64,000 nt of DNA, from positions 372,001 to 436,000 of the forward strand of contig CBFDEM010000050.1 of NCBI GenBank assembly GCA_965603825.1, read 5' to 3'. Both the position numbers and the translations under genes were made by a program. Numbering within the stretch: the first letter of the stretch is position 1; each line of letters opens with the position of its first letter. Below the pieces are notes generated by a model, which ran no database searches, was not told the origin of the DNA, and saw nothing but the letters and a program-made list of their open reading frames with translations. Positions 11,930-26,130 of this stretch are shown here, piece by piece. This stretch comes from Blepharisma stoltei ATCC 30299. Taxonomy: Eukaryota > Protista > Ciliophora.

Positions 11930-14425
11930 TTAATATTCTCTATATTTTAAATAGAAATTTTCCAAGGTATCAAAATTTTCTCTATAATTTAAGATTTCTT
12001 GATTTCTGACACTTAATTTAGAGCCAGAAAAATCCGATTCATAATTGCAGACACTGTCATTCTTTGATGACCACTCCAATGAATGACTTAAATCTTTTCC
12101 GATATTCCATAATTTAATATTCCCATCATTTCCATAAGTAGCAATATGACTTTCATCATCTGAAAACACAAGAAATTTAATTCGATAAGAAAAATTTTTT
12201 CTTTCAAAAACAATACTTCTAGATTCAATTTCCCACAATATTATTTTCCCATCTATATCACAAATTGCCATATATTTATTATGTGCAGAAAACACTAACA
12301 TTTGGATTCCAAGATAGTCAAAAGATAGTTTATTTCAATTGGAAAAGTCTCATAATTCCACAGATTTGCTATTTCACCATGCAAAATACATACCTGAATG
12401 GGAAAGAGCTAAGCCTTTAAAATTTTTCGAAATTGGGGCGGATTTCAAATTTTGAAGAGACTCAATTTTCCATAAATAAGCCAAATTTATGGTCCTATGC
12501 ATAGAAATTAAGTATTTTCCGCATGGGGAAAGTGCAATGTCTGAGATTTGATCTTTGCAGCTTCACGTTTGAACGCATTCGTTTAAATCTGTATCTCAAA
12601 TTTCAATTTTCAAATTTATATTAAATGCGAAATACTTACCAGAAGATGAGATTTTTAGATTATCTATAAGTCTTGGGCAAGGTATGATGGAGCATCTTCT
12701 TTTTTGACTGTAAAAGTCTGCTATAACTACTTTACGCTTTTGATATGACTTATTATATAGGCAAGAGACTGTTGATACATTATTAGAATATGCAAATTCT
12801 TTATCAAGAAATGATAATTTTCGGTTGTTTTGAGTGTCCCATATATTAAATTTTGGATTTTTTCCAAAAGTAATAATAAACTTGTTATCATCTGTAATTG
12901 AAATATTATATACAGTATTCTGAGAGTCTTTGCTGCTTATTGATTTGAGAATATTTTTAATATCAAAGGCTTTGATTTTTGTGCAAAAATTAACAAATAA
13001 TAAAGAATTAGAAAATTTGGACTTTAAATAAGGAAAGTTTAAAGTATTTTGATCACTACTTCAGGAGGCCAGTTTCCAAATAAGGCTAAACGATTCAGCA
13101 TCCCATAATTTTATTCATAACTCTCTATTGCAAGATGTTACAATAATGGTTTTACCTTCAAAATTCATTGAATCAATTGAAGAAATAGCTGATAAGTGCC
13201 CTCGAAAATTTTTAGTTTTTTCACTTTTTAAGTCGAATAAATAAATAACCCCTTGGAAATTACCTGCAAATACTCAATTCCCACAAGAAAAGCAAACCAG
13301 ATAGTTTCCTAATATATTAAATGTTTTTATATAGCTTAAGTCTTCTGTTTTGTATATCTCTAATCCTTTATTCCGCTCTCCAAATGTAAAATAGCTTCCA
13401 TAAGGAGAAAACAAAATAGTGTTGTTCATATATTTATAATCCCCTGACAAATTCTTTACTAGAAGTCTATCTTTAATCCTCCAAATATTTATAAAGCTCT
13501 TAGCTTGAGTCATTAGAAATCTTCCACAAGGGGAATATGAAATTTCTAAGATTTCATTTCCCTCAAAAATTTTCCAAATCAATTTTTTAGTTTCAATCTC
13601 CCATAACTCAACCTCACAACGCTTTGTGGCTATTGCAATATATTTTTCACATGGAGAAAAAGCAAGAGCTGTGTCACTTGCCCATGTAGGGATTTCTTCA
13701 ACCCCTCTATTCGTATTTATTTCCCATATTTTTGCAGTTGGAAGGCAGGCTAAATATTTTCCTGAAGCTGAAATAGTAAATGATGTAATTTCTAGCCCAT
13801 TTTGGAATATCGGCAGCTCGTAGAATTTTACATGAGAAAGGTCGCAATTCTTAAAATTAGACTGATAAAAATAACACTGGCTTAATTTTGCATAAGATAA
13901 GTCGCTGTTTTCGAAGCTTGTATTTATAAAAACGCTTCTAGATAAATCAGCATAAGGAGCTCTTATTTTTTCGAAATTTTTATTTTTAAACTGAAATTGA
14001 GAAAAATTCAAAATTGTCAATGCATTGCTCGACGCTATGTCTATTTCATCAGTTTCTTTAGAATACAAAACTATGCTCTCCAGAATTTTCTGTTGAGTCT
14101 CTGATAAAGTCTGCTCAAATTCTTTGACAATATCTATCATTTTAGATAAGTCAATTTGATTAAAATAGCTTACTTTAATATTTTCAGGATTTTCCCAAAA
14201 ATTGATATCATGTGAAATCTTTTTAGCAAGAATGCTAGATATAGTATGCACTGAAGACTTATGTAATGATTTAAAAGGCGATTGCAATTTGTAAGAGCCA
14301 AGCAGTGTTTTTGATGTGCTTTGATGAGATATTTTGTGAGCTTCTAAATTAAAAAAGCCTAATTTCCTTTTAGGTACTTTATTTGTATATTTAACATTCT
14401 CCAATCTAGCTTTCAATTTTTCCAT
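11930..14425 (-). CDS. Pentapeptide-repeat plus WD40-repeat protein, ~831 aa
   Basis: ORFs 13274-14479 and 11930-12301 are in frame; the gap translates without TAA/TAG. IASSNALTILN is followed by pentapeptide repeats (ADLSR/SVFIN/TSFEN/SDLSY) and many WD40 repeats (FSPCEKYIA..VELWE; RGHLSAISS..IKLWD). Start placed at MEKLK (14425); 14479 is possible. Confidence 0.82.
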
Positions 14426-14490
14426 ATTTATAATATGATTATAATTATTTAACCTTAATACTTGCTTAATATAATGCATAATAATGCCTG

Positions 14491-17400
14491 TTATTCAGCT
14501 ATTAATTTCTTATAATCATCAGAGAATTTTTTTTCTATTTTTTTAAGCTCCTCTTTCACTGTATCAAATCTATTTGTAATTTTTTCTTTGTCTTCCAAAC
14601 CTTTGCAGTTTTCCAATTCAAAAAAATAATTTATCCAATCTTTAAGAGACGGCAAATTTTCTATTATATCTTTTGTAGCTATATAAAATTCCTTTCATGC
14701 TTTAGGGATTATTTTATTTGACTCTCGATTTGAATAAAGATAAAATTTTGCAATGAAGTATATTGTTTGGCAATATTTTTTTTTATATCAATTGTCCCAG
14801 GTTGTGCCTGTAAATTTTCTAATGATTTCGATAATGATATATGGCTTCTCGTACCAATCTAAAACACCTGAAAAATATTCATTGATGCACGATATTCAAA
14901 AGTCAGTTTCTTTTGAAATTTCTTTGGTTTGGAGAGTTAAGTTGCAATAAAAATTCTCAAGAATATAGCTTTTGCTATCTGAAAACAGTTGTAATTGATA
15001 ATTTTCTAATAATTCTTGAGAATTCAAACAAAGATCTAAAGCGGGTTTAATAGTGCTTTGGCTTGAAGATTTAAAATAAACAGTCATTTTACCTTTGCTT
15101 TTAAGCTTGAGGTTTAAAAGAGTAACATCATAAATTTTAGTGCTTTTAAATGAAACGGCTGGGAAATTAGAGGATGGCGAGAGAGCATCCATTAAAAGAC
15201 CACCAGAAATGATATAGTTTTTCTTAAGGAATATTACATTTTCTGATAATGGATTGCTTGGATATACTGAAGGAAATATTGATGGATTAAGAGTTTTTGC
15301 AGTATCAAGTATAATAATTCCAAATTCATTTGATTTTCTTTTTTCAAGGCTATAAAATTTCGATAAACATTTAGGCATGTTTGGTCCGACAGCTACTATC
15401 TTAAATCCAATAGGAAGGCCTTTATGCTCGAAAATTATTAAAACCCAAGCATTCTCAAATACCAAGTCATTGATATATACAAAATTGCTTTCTTGTATCA
15501 AATCAATTGATAGGGTTTTCAGGGTTCTTAGATTAACTACTTTCGCTTCTAAATTATCAATGCTCTGAAATTGGTTTATATACCTTACTTTTCTTCCAGC
15601 TGCAAATAAAATTGAATCATTATCTATAGGGATTAGCTTAAAGTTTACCATTGGTAATTTTCTTTGTCGTCTAATTTCTTCAGAAATTTCAATAATTGAG
15701 GGAATTTTAATATTTTTTGAAGACGTGAGCTCTATTTTCATCTTATCAGCTATTGAGTATTGAAACGATTCAGAAAACTTATCTTTATTATATGTTCTTA
15801 TCACAATTTCAAAGTCTAAATTTAATATTGAATACGATAGGATGTGGAATTGATTATAAATGCGATCAATTTGTGATAGAAGTAGCAAGGCTGGCAATTT
15901 CGATGGAGATTCTTGCAAAATAATATTTCTTGGGATATTTTTCATTGCTCCTTCTATAAGTGAAGCTATAATAGTATCTTTTATTAGATTTTGATCACAA
16001 TTTTTTAACTGCTTGGTTATTGGGATATAAATAGCTAATTTTTTATTTTCAATGCAAACTCTATCATCACCATTTGTGAAAATTAGGGAAACCTCTGTTA
16101 TACTTTGGCTAAATAACTTGGCAAGTTGATGGCTTATTGGGTTCTTAATTCATAGTAACTTAGGCTCAAAACTATAAAAACTGAAAGAAATGTCTTCATA
16201 AGAAATAATATCAGTCATGCTCTTTAATAATTCATTCAAAGTTGCAGAAAGCAGATAAAAAATTGCATCAGCATTTAACTTATCTTGTGATAAAGATTCA
16301 TTATTATTTGCTTCTTGAAAATCTACATAAATTGGCATTATCCATGATGGTAATTCTGCTTTTTTCCTTAAAATATCAAAATGTCTATATAACTCACCTA
16401 TTAAATCTTTATACTCTCGAGATCCAAGTATATGCGATTTAATTGAATATTTTGGCTTATTTAAAATAGGAGATACAAATAAATCTTTTGACAGCTTTAA
16501 ATTTATGTTGGAAAAATCATCATCTAAACACCCAAAGGAAATAACTCGAGGAACTGTGCTTAATAATTCAGAAAAATTGACTTCGCATAAATCTTCAAGA
16601 TCGGTTAATGAATTTTCAAAGTTAGGGTAATGGTTTTGCTTATCATATAGAATTGACCCATCTGCAGCACAATACAGCAAAGATCCAATTGAATAGGCTA
16701 GATCTTTGACTGTAGGGAATGTTGGCAAAACTTTAAATACTTGTCTTATTGAGCATATAAAATAGCTGTTATTATTTCCATGAATATATCCACGTAATAT
16801 TTCTGAAATGGTAATAACTTCTGAACAATTAATGAGTAATATATCATTTTTTTTGCAAATTTCAGGAATCTTTGATGGAGGAATGTTTAAAAGGTATTTT
16901 TTCTTTATTTCTTCAAATAGGCATTTTATTGAGCTAACTTCAGGTCCATTTATTTTAGAGCCTAGAATAAAGGTAGAATCGTTGGAAAGTAAATCAGCTT
17001 GCTTTTCATTATAATTTATTGCTGATGACAATAAATTGCTAACATTTATAAGCACTGAATTACTATGAATCTGTTTTCCAATCCATTCCAAATTCTTTAA
17101 TAAGCCCACTTTTGTAGCTAAATTTTGATCGTCACTATATAATATGTTAATAAATCTCTCAATTATTCCCTCAAAGTTTTGTAAATTTCATTCAAGAATA
17201 ATGTTTGGCTTCTCCTTATTTTTCAAATTCTCTTGATAGTCAACAAATGCAGAAAGATTTATGAATTCTTTAATTAATTGAGGGCTTGTCATAAGCGACG
17301 TCAAAAATATCACTCTTATCTCTTCAAAAGCACGTGGGCAGTCTGAGATTTTAACAAATTGTTTGGAAAGATTATGTATCAGCATTTCAAAAGTAACTAT

Positions 17401-20400
17401 TAGGCATTCGGATCTTTTTTCAAAACTAATACCATTTGTAACTATAATTCTATCAATTCCAGACATATTAGAATTATCATAATTAGCATATTTTTTTGTA
17501 AAAGTAATTAACACTGTTTCTATATTTTCAATAATACCAGAATGAATATCAAGAAGTGCTATTAGATTTGCGATTCAGTACGCCAATGAGCTATTTCCAA
17601 ATAACTTTCTCATATTTATGATATCCGGGCGACGTTTTAAAGCTGACAAAGGTGTTATGATTTCATTGATCAGTGAGTCTATATCAAACTTAATCATTCC
17701 TTTCAAGTCATAAAAGCCCCGCAAAAAATTGATAGACTTTCAAGCCAAGGTTTTGTATTTCAAGTTCTTATACAAGAGGCATTTTTGCGGACAAGTTACC
17801 ATTGAGCTATCTTTAAATGTGAAAAACAGCTTATTGTGGCTTGGCTCCAGATACTCAAATTCTGAGTAATCTACATAGACGAGAGATAATTCGGCATCAG
17901 AATTATCTATCAATTCATTTATTTCAATCAAAAAATTTATAAGTGATCATGATGAACTTTCTCTAAAAACACCGTCTTCGTAGCTATCATTTGAAAATAA
18001 TTCAACATTATAGAGTCCATGAAAAACTGAAATTCTCAATGCTCTCATGATTAAAGGATAGATGTTTTTAGGAAGACTCTGATAGTCCATCGTCACTTTT
18101 ATGAGAATTTTTTGATATCGTTTATCAATATATGATAAAAATTGTTTAAAGCCTGAATCTAGCTGATCGACGTTTATATTTATATTAACTTTTTCTATTT
18201 CCTTTATAATAACTTCTCTCCCTCTTTTTGCATAATAAATATCATTATAAGCATCGAGTGTATTTTCAAAGCTAGCTGGGACTTCTTCATTTAATAAGGT
18301 TAAACTAAGCTCACTAAATAGCTTATTTGTCTCGTTTCTGAGATTTAAAATTTCCAAGGAAAGCTTTAAGGAGATTGGGATGTTATACCATTTACATGCA
18401 ATTATTCTTTCAGGAATAATGTCAATATTATGATGAAATTCACTTAAAAATATTTTTCTTATTAGTTTTCTTTGTCCAAATTCTAAGAGAAGAGGAATTA
18501 TTTTTTCACCAGAGATATTCGTTTTGAGTTTGCTTAAAAGCTTTTCTATGTCTAATATATCAATTGAATTTCAATGATTTAAAAATGTTAAAGCCCATAT
18601 ATCAAGCCCTGAGTAATTGTTGGAAAAGATTGATTCAAATGCTTCTATTGTAAATGAATCTGGATGAGTTACTAAAAGAAGTTCTACTGTATATTTAGAA
18701 AGCGTAAGAAGAGCAAGATGCGCTATTTCTCTAATTTGGCTAATATTTAACGCAAAGTTTTGGTCATCTTTATATAGCTCCTCTAATCTATTGAAATCTT
18801 TTTCATAATTTTGACAAGATTGCTCATACTTTTCTTTTAATAGCAAATTACTTATTCCAAAAATTTCAAGAAGTTCAATAGTAATTTCATCTCTTCCTAG
18901 CTCAGCTGAAAATTTTAAGCATTCATAAGGAGGAATAAACTTACACGCTTTTAGAATCCTGACACCATATAGATTATTCAATACTACAGATCCCTTATAC
19001 ATTTCATCAACTATCTTTCCATTTTGTTGTGTCTTATTTTCAAAATTATATATTATGTTATGGATGTTCATACTACTATTCCCTAAACTCAGAATTTTTA
19101 TAAGTAGTTCATTATTGCCTGTCCAAATCGCGCTAAGTAATCTCAAAAGCCAATTCGGAATAGCTTGCCGATCAATATTAAAGTATTTTCTAAATTCGCT
19201 TGGATATTTATATCTTTTGCTGATTTTTACATAATCATTAGAGTTTTTAATAATTTTGTGGTATATAGAACCAAACTGGTTTAGCCTTGCGAGATCTGAA
19301 GCGGTAACTAGAAACTCATCCTTTATTTCACTTTTAATAAACTTCAAAGGTGCTTGCATATATATATTACTTCCATAGCAAAGCAAAAGATCAACAAGCT
19401 TTTCATTTCTATTTTCTGCAGCCCAATGCAGTGCTGAAGGATAAGCTGCCACTTGGCAATCATTTCATGTATCAATTTCCCATATTCTCAATTTTTCATC
19501 ATCCCCAGTATTATAATCTTCATATCTAGGTAAAAGCTCCCAAGATGGAATAGCAACAGATAGATTTGGATTAATTTCCATACTCAATAGTCTTTTTACA
19601 TCTGCTATATAACCATTTCTAGCGCACTCTGATAAAATTCCTCCAAATATTATAGAAGTTACACCCAAGTCATATATTTTACTGTACATGAGTACAGCTA
19701 CCGTTAAAAGTTCAAAATGTAAACAGATATAGAGCACATGTAGGATCTTTATTTTATTTATAGGTGTAGGATCAATATTTTTAGCTAATAAATTCTCCAC
19801 AATGAAAATTAAAAATTCATGATGAATCTTTTTGTCTTTTCGCTTATATTGTGAATGCCTCGTTATCATAATATTTGATGATGTTCCATAGAACGAATTA
19901 AAGTTTGGAGAAAATTGATAAATAAACCCATTTATTGCAGCAATAAAAATATTTACTGAATTTTCTATAATTTGGCTTGGATGTGCTTTTATATAAGAAA
20001 TTACTGTTTTGCTGCCATAAAAAGCACCAATTATCAATGCATCAAGATTTGGCTCAATATAATTGTATAGTAAATTTTTTAATGTTTTTGAAAGATTTTT
20101 CTTGAGACCTTCTACATGCTGGATGAGGATTTTGTAAGGAATTTTTTTTGCTTCTTGAATTTGAGATGGTAAGAAGTTAGGCAATGGCATTCTTAAATAT
20201 TCAGGTTTGAAAGAAACCCCAAGTAATGCATAAAAAGCTGCAGTCTGGTATATACACTTTTCATTGCTGCTTAAAGCTTCAATATACTTCTCAATTTGAA
20301 GCTTGTTCTCTCTAAGAACCGCTTTGGAATCAACCTTCATGAAATCTTCAAGAGAGCTAAAAATCATTTGGTAATTACCTTTAAACGCAGCTATATTTAG

Positions 20401-23400
20401 AGTCGTTGGTGTTATCTCTTTTCTTTCTAGTGCATTATAAATTCTTACTGAAGATTTTATACTAAAAATATTTTTATTCAAAATCAGCATTTTAGCGATC
20501 TTTGCTTTTTTTCAATTATAGGGTCATATAAAATTTCATCAATTTTTACTGTTCATATGCTGTTTCATAATTTGTTCTTTTCTTAACTCAATAAATTTCT
20601 TTAAGTACTTTTTTTGGTTACCCTTAATAATATTTCATATAGTCGTTCTTCAGTAGCTTGAATTTTTAATATTGACTAAAAGATAAGAAAATGCATCCCA
20701 CCAAAGTCTTTTGCTTGCTATATATAAACAATTTTGAAGTAAATCTGAATCAAGCTCATTAAGATTGAGATGTTTTATAAGTGTAATCGCTGTATCTTCG
20801 TAAATGTTGTGCAGAAGACATTCTTTTATAGGATGTTGCCTATATATTTTTTCTTTTGGAAAAGATTTCTTTATCTTTAAATTCCAATCCACCTGTGCAT
20901 CAAAATAATCATTAGGATGAAAGCCTTTTTCAATCAGAAATTCGACGGTATTTGCATTCATAGTGGTAGAGGCAGAAAGTAAAACGCCATTATATATTCG
21001 AGATTCTAAAAATTTTGGCCGGGATCTATCGATTAATCCATTTTCAATGGAATAATTTACTAATATTTTAATAATTGCTTGCCTATTTAATAATTCTTCC
21101 CCATCATATTTTCATATATCAATTTTAACTGGATGCCTATGATTAAACCCAAACAAAGAAACCTTATTTATTGCGCTAGCAAGAATGTTTGAAGGCATGC
21201 TAGGCATTTGTTTTAATAATAAACTCACAATATTAACCTGTGCATATTTGCATGCTTTCAATAATGGATTTGATTTTTCTTCAGCTCAATTAACTCTTGG
21301 GGATTGTTTTTCGAAGATTTTTTGAATTAACGGTAAATAAATTTCATCATCACATAATAAATGAACAAATGGGAGGCTTTTTCGGGTGCATTTTTCTATT
21401 CTTCTCAAAATATGAAGAATTTTCATAGGCCCTTGTAAGCTGAATTTTTCGATAAGAAAATTGTTAAAATCTATGTTTCACCCTAAGCGGTTTAAATCTA
21501 GATATTTCAGTAAAATAGTCAAAATGTTTTCATCAGAAAGAAATCTCTCATTTAAATATAAATCAAAAGGGGTTTTAATAATAAGTTCAAGCATCTTTTC
21601 TAGAATGTTCACTAAATTATGCTTAAGTATAAATTGAAGTCAGCTTTCATATATATCTTGACTTTTAAGATATTCTCTTGAGATTAAATTGTTATAAGAA
21701 ATTTCAAAAATGTAAGAAAAGAGCTCCATATTGTCAAGGTAAATTGCCAAATTAATAGCTCCATAAAAATCAAAATTAGGGAGATTTGGGGCATTAATTT
21801 CACAAATATTGCAAACGATTACTCTGATTATTTCGCAAAGTTTTTCCATGCGATTCCCCTTATTTTTCAAAAATTTATCTTTATATATATCATTAGGGTG
21901 TAAAAAAGTATAAACCTGCTGAAGCGGGAATTCCCCTTCTCATTGGATATTCATTTTCATCAATAACTCAGCGATTTCTTTGTTAGGACTAGGTGAAATA
22001 ATTAAAGCAGCTATGCAGCGATTAGCGAAGCTTTTATTTTCAAGAAAATCTCATACATTAGAACTTTTCATTAAATCTCATAAATCATTACTGAAAATAA
22101 AGTTTACATTGATATTTATATCGAGATTTGTCGCTCTAATAATTATTTTTTCAAATGCTTTAAAGTTTCCATAATAAATTGATCTAAACAAGTAATTATA
22201 AATCAAAATTTTTTCAAATGAGTCTTTACTAATAATCGGATCTAAATGATCTAGCAATAAGGCAATGGTGCCGTTTTTTACAAGTTTAGCAATAATATTT
22301 AGTTTTTTTTTGCTTTTAATTTTAATTGCTTTACTTAATCAATCTTCAATTTTATCCAGGGATCCAATGCAATTTGCTGCAGGCTCATTTATTGATAAAA
22401 TGAAAGAATTAGCCAGCATTTCTGCTATTTTTTGGTCTGTTGTTCTGGAAATATTAAAAAGCCAAGACTTTATGCCAGAATATCTAGACTCAGACTCATT
22501 ATCATAATAAGCAAATGTTTTTTTCCCTTCCTCTCCATCCTTTTCTGCATAATAAAAATGCAATATTCCTCTGCTAATTGCAGATTTAATAATCCCTACA
22601 TTATTAGATTTAATTGCGTCTTCTAAAATCATTTGTCCTTTTCTCCCAAATGAATTTACTCGAAATCCTTTTTCTAATAAAAAATCAAAGATTTCTTCAG
22701 AATTTACTTCAATAGCTATCTCAAGTGGATGAGTAGGAAATTTTCATCTCAAGTTCTTAAAAATTGAACTATTATCTATTCTATTTCTAAAAGGTAAAAG
22801 CTTACAATCCTTGTAAATTTGATTGAAATCATCATCTTTATAAAAATACGGAGTTCAATCATTATCTCTGAAAAAATATGGCAAGCCATGCTTAGGAAAC
22901 ATATCAACAGATCCGTATAATTTTCTGTAAAAAGCAATAACCGTTTTAGTAAACCTGACGTCTTTTAATTTTATTGCAAGAGTAAGCGCACAATCTCCTG
23001 AAAAATCAACAATTTTTAGCATCAATTTGAGCTTTTCAGCATTATAAATATCGAATAAATCCATAATTTCTAATTTTTCTGAAATTTTGATATTTTGGTT
23101 TTTTATTAAAAAATGCAAAGGAGTTGAAGCCTCATAATCGCAAATAGAAAAAGAATTTTTGCGCTTTAAGAGAAGACTAATTCTTTGGTAAATATCTCTT
23201 TGACTAGAAGACAAAATATGCATTAAAATGCATCTGCCACTCGCATCAGTAAAATCTAAAGGAACATTGGAAATTTCAATATATTTTTCAAATAACTCAA
23301 TATCAGCATTTAATGCTATTTCAGCTAATAAGCTATGCTTTATTTCCTTCATAATTTCTATATTCTCATCTAGCATATCTAAAAACCAATTTCTTGTATC

Positions 23401-23913
23401 AATTAAAAGTTCCATTTTACCTTTTAGAGCATTATTCCATATCAAGCCTTGAAATTCTTTATAAAATGTTTTCCATATATCTTTTAAACTAACACCAAAT
23501 TTATTTTTTATCGAAAAATCGGTTTTCCCGCCATATTTCATCATAATTTTTTGTATATCTATAATTTTGGGATATCGGAAGCAGGAGTGCCATATTGTTC
23601 GGCCACTGTCATCAGTAATGCTAATGATATTTTGATTCCTCTGCAAAACATTGTCTAAAATTTCATAAAAGCCTTTTTCTGCTAAAAAATGGGCTGGTGT
23701 TTTCCCAGAAAGGTCTTGCTGAGTGATCAGCACGGAATTAAATTTAGGTAATAGTTGAGGCACTAAGGAGGCTCTATTAGCAATAGCAAGATGATGAAAC
23801 AAATTTAGATGTAAATTGTCTTGAAATTGGAGATCATCAGCATTCATCAGGCAAAAAGACTGAACTTCTTCATTACTTGCATCTGAGTATAATAGATCTA
23901 AAGCTTTTTCCAT
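14491..23913 (-). CDS. Giant ankyrin-repeat protein, ~3140 aa, C-terminal half of unknown function
   Basis: Eleven track ORFs (22855-23913 through 14896-15945) share one frame, joined at TGA. Several gaps were translated and are free of TAA/TAG; first true stop is TAA at 14491-14493. Ankyrin motifs: GKTPAHFLAEKG, GRTIWH, STPLHFLI, HPLEIAI, ALHWAAENRNEKLVDLLLCYG. Confidence 0.82.
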
Positions 23914-24053
23914 TTATATCTAATCTGGCCTATTAAAAAAATTATCAATTACCTCAAAATATAAATCTTATAATTTTTTATAATGTGCCAAATTAAATAT
24001 ATGCACTTTTAGCATTTAGTCACCATTTACTTCTCTAAAACTATATATAATTT

Positions 24054-24660
24054 ATGGGTCACGAGGACTTACTTCCGAAATCTTTTAACTCCAAAATCGT
24101 TTGAAAGCTCAAACTCAACGCTACTATCGGTTCCTTGGTGTTCTTGATTCAAATCAAGAAAAAATCACCGCAGCATTAGGCAGAAGGGATAAAAAGACCT
24201 TTAAAATTTCCAATATGGCCGCTAGTCTTCCATTAGGTGGCTTAGTAGGCTCTTTATATGCAGAGTCTTTAGCAAATAAAGTAGGTTTCATAAGCTCTGA
24301 TGATTACTAGCTTCATAAACATCTGTGAAAGCCTTCTTTTTCCTAATCCCATACACAGATCCATTTGATATTGGAAGACTTGTGACAGGACACACTTCTG
24401 GATCTTTTAGCACTTTATGTCCTTTGTATATAGGAGAAATTTCTCCTCCTGAGGTAATGGGAACTATAGGGAGTTTGATAGCTCTGATTATAGCTTTAGG
24501 TGCCTTGGTAGCATTTATCTTGGCACTTCCCCTTCCGACTGGAGAATATAACTTAGGATGTTTACGTTCGTTTTCCAATCTTTTAACGCATTATTAATTC
24601 TGTTATTTATGCCTCTATGGTATTTACATTAAAATATATAAGAAAAAGCCTTACATACTA
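24054..24660 (+). pseudogene. Sugar transporter (MFS) pseudogene, paralog of 43303-44754
   Basis: Same start (ATGGGTCACGAGGA), a 19-bp deletion in the GYNIG region, further indels, and loss of the 3' two thirds. Confidence 0.88.
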
Positions 24661-24867
24661 TAAATAACCTAGTTATAGTTTTTAAAAATATAAATTAAAC
24701 TTGATTTTCGTTATTTGTGTGTGCTTCCCGGCCATATTTAACTTTTTATTTAATTTGTCTTATTAAATCAGTCCGTAAAGGTATCAATAAATTGGTATGG
24801 ATAAAATAATTTAAGAGATAAGAAATTTAATGCTCTTGAAGCTTATTTTCAAGGCAATTTCACTTCT

Positions 24868-26130
24868 TTCTAAACAAAAATATAGATGAGATATACTTTT
24901 GGCGTTAAAAATATAATATATCGAATGAAACTTAGCTTAATTTTGAATTTCGATTATCTTAAATATTAATGTCTAAAGAATCAAACTTGCTATTGTGGGC
25001 AATCGCAAATATGATCTTCTCTTTCATGATTTCTGGAGATGTATAAGCTGGCAGCTCAAGTCTGAATATAACATTGTCGATAATAGGAATCAATGTATTC
25101 ACAGCTCCAGATTTACTGTGCTTGGCTATTGTAAATTTATGAGGCCAATCCCACTCAATAAGCTTAGACCTTCTGGCAATATAGTCAATAAATTTGGCAA
25201 GCTCACTTTCTTTTAATGATTTTATTGCTCCCCAGAAGTTTTCTATATGCAGGTCTGTTCTTAAGCAATTCTCGTAAACGGTGTTTTCTTCTAAGACTTC
25301 TAAATTGATTTCTTGATTAAGGCATATGAGTTCACGTAGTTGAGCAGCTGTGAATAGGTTCAATTTATCAATAGGAATAACAGCAGCCATACCTTTCCTT
25401 ATAGAACCGTAAGCTTTAGGATTTTCAAATAATTTGTGCTTCTCTAATAGATCGGCATAGTGGTCAACATTTTCAAAAGTAACGTCAATTTTGGCTCCAT
25501 CTTCACAAAGGTCCACAATTTCTTCACCGTATTTTACTATAAACTTCTCAGAAATGTGCTGACCGTAGTTTTCCGAAGTAATTCCATAGGCTTCAAGGTT
25601 CCTTAATTTATGCAAAAACTTGTAGAGTGGCAAGTCAAAGTCTCTTAAATCTTCGGTTGTGAAAATTTTCCAAGAGTTCTGAATAGGTGCTTGTGAGCTG
25701 GGAGAGTGGATGTTGGATTTATCATTCAATTATCTCTTCCATTGCCTACATTAAGGACGTTATTTTGAGATGAAATCATAAGAGGAAGTATCGGAGATTG
25801 AAGCTCTTTAGAAAGTTCTGTCAATAATTCATTATACTTGCCTGCATCATCTTGGATTCCTTCTGGCTTGTATGCAAATTTGAACAATCTTGCAGGATGT
25901 CTAAGAGTTTTATTTGCTGCTGCTTCCAAGGCTCTGCTTATTTGACTAAACATTGAAGCAGTTGAGGAATGATCAACTTCCCCTTTATCTTTTATTTCTT
26001 GTGCTTTAGCTTTATCAATAGTAATGTCAATTCTGCAGTCCGTTTTAGACATACCAAGATGGATTTCCAATCTTTCCTTCTTAAATCTTGATAATAAATA
26101 ATACTTGGCCTTCTTAATAAATTTCATGAG
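24868..26130 (-). pseudogene. Duplicated 3' fragment of the HECT-like gene, with its 3' flank
   Basis: Matches 27229-28572. Carries an ~82-bp frameshifting deletion near 25665 (FGSAIR..LLYEN lost). Homology stops abruptly at ~26130, where the integrase begins. Confidence 0.88.

Larger units (their letters stand above)
1..24660. repeat. Segmental tandem duplication, copy A (HECT-like, importin alpha, Kelch, ankyrin, sugar transporter)
   Basis: Same gene order and orientation as 27230-44754, with alignable coding and intergenic DNA (e.g. 6700-7860 vs 39460-40420; 23890-24100 vs 43130-43350). Confidence 0.9.

Noticed and set aside
11930-23913. Single fused ankyrin-WD40 gene
   Set aside because: The ankyrin frame ends at TAA 14491-14493 and the WD40 gene is in a different frame.
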